Positions 18,394-25,261 of a DNA stretch of 25,261 nt are shown piece by piece. A program made the position numbers and the translations under genes. Each line of letters begins with the position of its first letter. The first letter of the stretch is position 1. Source of the stretch: Pseudomonadota bacterium (lineage in GTDB: Bacteria; Desulfobacterota; Desulfobacteria; Desulfobacterales; RPRI01); the NCBI GenBank assembly GCA_043825875.1, contig JBDRRF010000088.1:1-25261 (forward strand). The letters run 5' to 3'. The notes under the pieces are model-generated. The model did not search any database. It saw only the letters and a program-made list of their open reading frames with translations, and was not told the origin of the DNA.

Positions 18394-19768
18394 TTCCGGC
18401 GTCAAAATCGAAGCGCATTTGATTCAGAATTTCGCCCCGTCAAATCTTAACCGCGACGACACGGGCCAACCCAAGAGCGCCACCTTCGGCGGATTCCGGC
18501 GGGCACGGATTTCCAGCCAGTGTACAAAGCGGAACGCGCGAGAACGCTGGCGGACTGAGGGCACGGTGAGTGTCGGCGATCGGACGAAAAGGATTCAGAA
18601 GTTGATTGGCGACAGATTGGCTGAAGATAATGCCTTTATGGAAAAGGTGCCTGCACAGGAGGACCGGCGCGATGGGATTCGCATGTTCACTGAAGCTTAC
18701 TACGCTGGCACTGACAAGAAGAAACCGGAGAGCACCAGCGTTCTCATCTTCATCGGGCCGGAAGAAGTGAATGAAGGCGTGAAGGCTGTGAAAGATCTCT
18801 GGGATGATCGGACGCGAGAGAGTGAGAAGAAGGGGAAGAAAAGTTCAGAAACTGTCGAAGGGATTGCTACCCTCCTGAAAAAGGCGCGGGAGTTTGACAA
18901 GAAAAATGACTCCAAGGGGGAAACGGCTGATGCAGAGAAGGTTGCATCGGATGAGGACGACGGTGCGTCCAATGAAGAAGTTGGGGAGAGCAAAAGTGGA
19001 AAGGGAAAAGACAAGAGACCGAAGCTGGAAAAGGTGACGGAAATTCAAGATGCAATCAAGAATGCGATGATTTCCGCCGACATCGCGCTCTTCGGCCGTA
19101 TGCTTGCCGAGCAGCCCGGTCGCAACACCGATGGTGCCTGCCAGGTCTCCCATCCCATCTCTACGCACAAGGTGGACATGGAGATGGATTTCTACACCGC
19201 AGTGGACGATCTGAATCCGGAAGAAGAAACCGGCGCGGGAATGATGGGCGTCGTCGGCTTCAACAGCGCCTGCTATTACCGTTATGCGCTGGTTGACCGT
19301 GACCAGCTTGCCCGCAATCTGGCGCGAAAAACCGAACGCAAAAACGGTCAATGGGTTCAAAACCTCACACAAGAGGATTACACTGAGGCAGACAAGGTCA
19401 TCAAGGCATTTCTCGAAGCGATGGTTTATGCCATTCCGACCGGAAAACAGAACTCCTTTGCCGCCCAGAATTTACCCTCATTCGGCCTGTTCGTCCGACG
19501 TCAAGGAGGGGTGCCTATTTCCCTGGCCAACGCCTTTGCCAAACCCGTGCGCCCCCAAAAGGACGATGACGATCTTGTCGGCCTGTCTGTAGCGGCGTTA
19601 ACCAAGCATTGGGATACTCTAAAATCCGTTTACGGCGAGCAAGGTGTTTTGAACACGGCTTGTTTTCATCTTCAACAGGAAGGACGTTTGAATGGACTCA
19701 AGGATGCGGACAAGGTGAGCGTCAAAGAAGCCATTGAAACCGTTTTGGAGGTAGGGGGGCAGCCATGA
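18386..19768 (+). CDS. cas7: type I-E backbone subunit Cas7 (Cse4/CasC)
   Basis: QNFAPSNLNRDDTG.PK, RARISSQ, DIALFGRM, DFYTAVDDL, PTGKQNSFA motifs. Confidence 0.96.
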   Translation: MNNSGVKIEAHLIQNFAPSNLNRDDTGQPKSATFGGFRRARISSQCTKRNARERWRTEGTVSVGDRTKRIQKLIGDRLAEDNAFMEKVPAQEDRRDGIRMFTEAYYAGTDKKKPESTSVLIFIGPEEVNEGVKAVKDLWDDRTRESEKKGKKSSETVEGIATLLKKAREFDKKNDSKGETADAEKVASDEDDGASNEEVGESKSGKGKDKRPKLEKVTEIQDAIKNAMISADIALFGRMLAEQPGRNTDGACQVSHPISTHKVDMEMDFYTAVDDLNPEEETGAGMMGVVGFNSACYYRYALVDRDQLARNLARKTERKNGQWVQNLTQEDYTEADKVIKAFLEAMVYAIPTGKQNSFAAQNLPSFGLFVRRQGGVPISLANAFAKPVRPQKDDDDLVGLSVAALTKHWDTLKSVYGEQGVLNTACFHLQQEGRLNGLKDADKVSVKEAIETVLEVGGQP

Positions 19769-20382
19769 GACGGCACTATACATTGCTCTTGCGGCTCGAA
19801 GGCCCTATGCAGTCATGGGGTTATCGCAGCCGCTTTGATTACCGCGACACAGCGCTGGAACCGACGCGTAGCGGCGTGATCGGTCTGATCTGTGCCGCCG
19901 TGGGCATTGCCCGTGGGGAGGATATCTCGCGATTTGATTCGATTCGCATGGGTGTAAGTGTGGACAAGGAAGGCCGTCCCGAACGTGACTACCACACGGC
20001 GCTCGACGTCATCAAGGCGGATGGTAAGGGAACAGATACAGTGGTGTCCTATCGTGATTATCTGGCCGATGCCTCGTTCACGGTCGGCTTGCAATCAGAG
20101 GATTTGCAGCTTCTCCAAAACATCGCAGACGCATTGCAAAGTCCGAAATGGCCACTGTTTCTCGGGCGGAAGGCATTTCCACTGACCGTACCGCCTCTTC
20201 AACCGGGGGAGGCGCCCAAAGAGGGTTGTTTGGAAGACCACCTTCTTTCGGGCGTCAAGAAAAAACGCGTGGTGTTGGAATCGCAGGACGGTGAGCGAAC
20301 CCAGCATGATTGGCCGCTCAGCTTTAGCGAGCGGCGCTTCAAGCCAAGAACAATGACGACTCGTTTCAAAGGAGGGATATAA
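19765..20382 (+). CDS. cas5: type I-E Cas5 (CasD)
   Basis: LLLRLEGPMQSWG, PTRSGVIGL, DYHT, RDYLADA, LFLGRK motifs. Confidence 0.96.
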   Translation: MRRHYTLLLRLEGPMQSWGYRSRFDYRDTALEPTRSGVIGLICAAVGIARGEDISRFDSIRMGVSVDKEGRPERDYHTALDVIKADGKGTDTVVSYRDYLADASFTVGLQSEDLQLLQNIADALQSPKWPLFLGRKAFPLTVPPLQPGEAPKEGCLEDHLLSGVKKKRVVLESQDGERTQHDWPLSFSERRFKPRTMTTRFKGGI

Positions 20383-20384
20383 TC

Positions 20385-21167
20385 ATGAGAGAAGTGAATG
20401 CCCCATTGTATCTCTCCCGATTGATATTGGACTTGAATTGCCGGCAAGTTCGAAGTGAGATAGCCCAGCCCTACGAGATGCACCGCACCCTCATGCATGC
20501 TTTCGAGGCCTATGCCTGCAATAAAGAGGAAAATATGCGGAAGAAATTTGGCGTCCTTTTTCGCGCGGATGTGGACGCCCAGAATAGTCGCGCTGTCGTT
20601 TATGTTCAATGCATCGTCGAACCTGATTGGTCATATCTTGATAAGTGCAAGAATTACCTGCTTTCCGAAGAGGGCATTTCAAACCCTGCCTATAAAAATG
20701 TTGCGGCATCATATCTGGGACTTCGGAACGGACAAACAGTATCGTTCAGTCTGCGTGCAAATCCCACAAAGCGCATCGCCAAGCCATCAAAGGGCGACGT
20801 AATGTTGAAGGGCAAGCGTGTGGCGCTTCTTCGTGAGGAGGAACAGATTGACTGGCTTGTTCGCAAGGGAGCGGAACGGGAAGAAGGCTGCCCCGGTGGT
20901 TTTGAGATTCTCTTCAAGGAAGTACAGAAACGGGGTGGCCAAATCAGACAGGTCGCACAGGTAAATACTACGATAGAAGGGAAACAGACAGGATATAAAA
21001 AGGACAAGCAAGAGGTAAGACGAGAGCACCGGATGACTCACTTAGCCGTTCGTTTCGATGGCTTATTACGCATTACAGATTTTGACGCCTTTCGAGAAAC
21101 TCTTACCCGCGGCATCGGCCCGGCAAAAGCCTTCGGCTGCGGGTTGGTGCTTGTTCGTAGAATTTGA
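20385..21167 (+). CDS. cas6e: type I-E Cas6e (Cse3/CasE) crRNA endoribonuclease
   Basis: YLSRLIL, YEMHRTL, FSLRANPTK and glycine-rich GIGPAKAFGCGL motifs. Confidence 0.96.
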   Translation: MREVNAPLYLSRLILDLNCRQVRSEIAQPYEMHRTLMHAFEAYACNKEENMRKKFGVLFRADVDAQNSRAVVYVQCIVEPDWSYLDKCKNYLLSEEGISNPAYKNVAASYLGLRNGQTVSFSLRANPTKRIAKPSKGDVMLKGKRVALLREEEQIDWLVRKGAEREEGCPGGFEILFKEVQKRGGQIRQVAQVNTTIEGKQTGYKKDKQEVRREHRMTHLAVRFDGLLRITDFDAFRETLTRGIGPAKAFGCGLVLVRRI

Positions 21168-21189
21168 TTTCATCCAGGAGACCGGATAA

Positions 21190-21687
21190 ATGACCTATTC
21201 CCGTTTTGAAGATCTGCCTGTGTGGCAGGAAGCAATGAAGCTGGCTGAGGAAATATATAGTATGACTGAAAGCCGGAACTGGAAAGGCAGTTACAGCCTT
21301 CGGGATCAGTTGGAAAGAGCTGCGCTTTCCGTTTCAAACAATATTGCGGAAGGATTTGAACGCGGAACAACCAATGAACTTTTGGCATTTATTTATATCG
21401 CACGCGGTTCCGCCGGGGAAGTCCGCTCCATGCTTTGTTTCCTTGAACGAAATGAAAAATACAACAATTTCAAATCTCAAATTTCAAATTTGAAATCATT
21501 GGCCGAAAGCTGTTCACGCCAATTACGGGCCTGGGCAGATCATTTACAAAATACCGATATTAAAGGCCAGCGGCACCTGACAGAAAAATCAAAATCACAT
21601 TACCGATCAAAAAAAGATGCGGAAGAGTTTCAGCAGGAACTGCTTAACATTTTGCCGCCAAATCATCCTTTACGTAGAGGAAAATAG
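21190..21687 (+). CDS. four helix bundle protein (23S rRNA-IVP / Avd-like fold family)
   Basis: FEDLPVWQEA, LRDQLERAALSVSNNIAEGFERG, IARGSAGEVRS motifs. Confidence 0.9.
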   Translation: MTYSRFEDLPVWQEAMKLAEEIYSMTESRNWKGSYSLRDQLERAALSVSNNIAEGFERGTTNELLAFIYIARGSAGEVRSMLCFLERNEKYNNFKSQISNLKSLAESCSRQLRAWADHLQNTDIKGQRHLTEKSKSHYRSKKDAEEFQQELLNILPPNHPLRRGK

Positions 21688-21689
21688 AA

Positions 21690-22547
21690 ATGGAGACAAA
21701 ACTGGTAGTATTTAAAAATAAAGAAATCAGGCGATTATTGCTTGAAAACGAATGGTTTTTCGCAGTTGTCGATGTTGTTGCTGCTTTGACAGATAGTGAC
21801 AAACCCCGCGATTACTGGTACCGCATGAAAAAGAGAGAAGCGATATCAAGCGGTGTTGAGTTGTCGACATTTTGTCGACAACTCAAACTTGAGTCGAAAG
21901 ACGGCAAAAAGTACATGACGGAAGTTGCCAACACCGAAGGTATCTTCCGCATCATCCAGTCCATTCCATCACCCAAAGCCGAACCCTTCAAACGCTGGCT
22001 GGCCAAAGTGGGTTATGAACGGGTTCAGGAGATTGAGAACCCGGAACTGGCAACCAAACGTACTAAAGCCATTTACCGTGCCAAAGGTTATTCCGAAGCC
22101 TGGATAGAAAAACGAATGCGTGGCATTGCAATCAGGGCGGAATTGACGGATGAATGGAAAGGACGTGGAGTAAATGGCGAATCTGAATATGCCATATTGA
22201 CCTCAGAAATATCCAAGGCAGCTTTTGGGGTTACACCAGGTGAGTATAAAAAACTCAAAGGTCTGAAACGTGAAAATCTGCGCGATCATATGAACGATCT
22301 TGAACTGATTTTTTCCATGTTAAGCGAAGCTGCCACAACAGAAATAACCAGGAAACAGGATACACAGGGCTTAAATGAAAACAAAACCTCGGCGCGTAAA
22401 GGAGGTCGTATTGCCGGTGAGGCAAGGGAAAAGCTTGAGGCTGAAACCGGAACCAAGGTCGTTTCGCAGGAAAATTACCTGGTAGAACCTGAGAGCAAAA
22501 AGCGTTTAAAAGGAAAGAATAAACGTGATAATAAAATCGGCAAATAA
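21690..22547 (+). CDS. Bro-N domain protein (phage antirepressor-like)
   Basis: IRR...EWFFAVVDVVAALTDS..PRDYW, RIIQSIPSPKAEPFKRWLA, ENLRDHM motifs. Confidence 0.85.
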   Translation: METKLVVFKNKEIRRLLLENEWFFAVVDVVAALTDSDKPRDYWYRMKKREAISSGVELSTFCRQLKLESKDGKKYMTEVANTEGIFRIIQSIPSPKAEPFKRWLAKVGYERVQEIENPELATKRTKAIYRAKGYSEAWIEKRMRGIAIRAELTDEWKGRGVNGESEYAILTSEISKAAFGVTPGEYKKLKGLKRENLRDHMNDLELIFSMLSEAATTEITRKQDTQGLNENKTSARKGGRIAGEAREKLEAETGTKVVSQENYLVEPESKKRLKGKNKRDNKIGK

Positions 22548-22570
22548 TTTTTGAAAGGGGGACCATAAGA

Positions 22571-23768
<1,198 letters not shown>

Positions 23769-23853
23769 TTGAGGTTTTGCATTTGAAGCAATTATTTTTG
23801 GTAGAAATTAGCTCTTTGAAAATTTAGTGCAATATCAAAGAAGTAGAAGAAGT
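23769..23853 (+). promoter_or_regulatory. CRISPR leader
   Basis: 85-bp AT-rich segment between cas2 and repeat 1, with TTGGTAG (23798-23804) and IHF-like TATCAAagaaGTA (23833-23845). Confidence 0.8.
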
Positions 23854-25261
23854 ATGTTCCCCACACCCGTGGGGATGAACCGATAATTTTTATATGTCAT
23901 GCACGTATCATAGAATGTTCCCCACACCCGTGGGGATGAACCGAAATGGAATAATATTTTTGGTTAACTTGATTTATGTTCCCCACACCCGTGGGGATGA
24001 ACCGATGGAACAATTAAGGGCGGGCAACATAAAGATATGTTCCACACACCCGTGGGGATGAACCGATCGCAGAGTCGCGCAGACTACTCAAGGCTATATG
24101 TTCCCCACACCCGTGGGGATGAACCGGATTCAATGCTTCCGGCTTTATAAATATGTTTATGTTCCCCACACCCGTGGGGATGAACCGTCCGTTTACCGCC
24201 CAGGCGCCGGAAAAGGGGAATGTTCCCCACACCCGTGGGGATGAACCGAGTGAATAATTGATACAATAGCATAAGGGTACATGTTCCCCACACCCGTGGG
24301 GATGAACCGAGCTTGCGGCCTCGCTTAAGGCTTCAAGGCTTATGTTCCCCACACCCGTGGGGATGAACCGTTAATTTAACTTAAATAAGGAGGTAATATA
24401 AAATGTTCCCCACACCCGTGGGGATGAACCGATACTATATTTTCTTCAATAGAATCATGCTTAATGTTCCCCACACCCGTGGGGATGAACCGGGCTTTGA
24501 TTGCTAAGTAGGGAGGGTAACCGGATGTTCCCCACACCCGTGGGGATGAACCGGTGTGTGTGTAAGTGCTTAAAATAATTGATGTATGTTCCCCACACCC
24601 GTGGGGATGAACCGGGGGAATTTGGCGGAAAACCCTGAACCTTTTTATGTTCCCCACACCCGTGGGGATGAACCGCCACTAACAACTACAGCAAAAACGA
24701 TAAGGAGATGTTCCCCACACCCGTGGGGATGAACCGCGATACTTCCTTTTTAGTAGCCACGAAAACCTATGTTCCCCACACCCGTGGGGATGAACCGATT
24801 TGTTGTTAAATTCGGTCGTCAAATTACAAATGTTCCCCACACCCGTGGGGATGAACCGTAAAAAAGATTCTTGATGGCGATTACCGTCTTATGTTCCCCA
24901 CACCCGTGGGGATGAACCGTTCAATTACTGTTTACAATAATGCATACCGGTATGTTCCCCACACCCGTGGGGATGAACCGGATTCAATTGCTTTTGTAAA
25001 TGAGGCGGAAAAATGTTCCCCACACCCGTGGGGATGAACCGCAATATTGAATTAAGACAGGTTAGAGTCATTAATGTTCCCCACACCCGTGGGGATGAAC
25101 CGTGCGGGAAAAAACAATCAGACATGATGCTGTAATGTTCCCCACACCCGTGGGGATGAACCGCACATTGATTGTTGCGGTTGATCCGGCCGTAATGTTC
25201 CCCACACCCGTGGGGATGAACCGGCATTAATACTTTTAATTTTACGGCAACATCAATGTTC
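23854..25261 (+). CRISPR. type I-E CRISPR array, continues beyond the window
   Basis: 23 complete repeats ATGTTCCCCACACCCGTGGGGATGAACCG (29 bp, stem TCCCCAC/GTGGGGA) plus a partial 24th at 25256. 23 distinct spacers: 22 of 32 bp and one of 31 bp. Confidence 0.99.

Noticed and set aside
17608..19372. Long antisense ORFs over cas genes (246 aa, 175 aa), and likewise 11275-11985
   Set aside because: Shadow frames of well-supported genes with no recognisable motifs.
21190..21687. Diversity-generating retroelement or RT-linked CRISPR suggested by the Avd-like fold
   Set aside because: No reverse transcriptase gene and no TR/VR repeat pair seen. The intron relic 16 kb away has no ORF.
24014..25227. 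Minus-strand ORFs in the array (VHPHGCGEH repeats)
   Set aside because: Artefacts of translating CRISPR repeats.
23883..25255. Self-targeting or duplicated spacers
   Set aside because: By eye only matches of about 10 bp or less were seen (e.g. GGAGGTAATA in spacer 9 vs about 8970; spacers 5 and 19 share GATTCAAT). An exhaustive alignment was not possible.

Overview
Bacterial accessory region with three parts. (1) About 1-9.4 kb is AT-rich and holds co-oriented (+) orphan genes: a truncated ORF6N gene, five consecutive lipoprotein genes, a divergent SecY paralogue with an extra C-terminal domain, and small membrane/secreted proteins. It also has one well-formed attC site, a second attC carrying the 5' relic of a group IIC-attC intron, and weaker attC-like hairpins, so it reads as a decaying integron cassette array with no integrase in the window. 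(2) About 9.5-12.4 kb is a divergent AI-2E transporter / processive GT2 glycosyltransferase pair. (3) About 12.8-25.3 kb is a complete type I-E CRISPR-Cas locus: DEDDh exonuclease, cas3, cas8e, cas11, cas7, cas5, cas6e, two non-cas genes (four-helix bundle, Bro-N), cas1, cas2, leader, and an array of 23 full 29-bp repeats running off the window end. The strongest leads are a 38-codon relic of a second, different cas3 N-terminus between the exonuclease and the intact cas3 (suggesting the interference module was swapped in place), and the orphan SecY-fusion gene next to the lipoprotein run. All family assignments come from motif recognition by eye; no searches were run.
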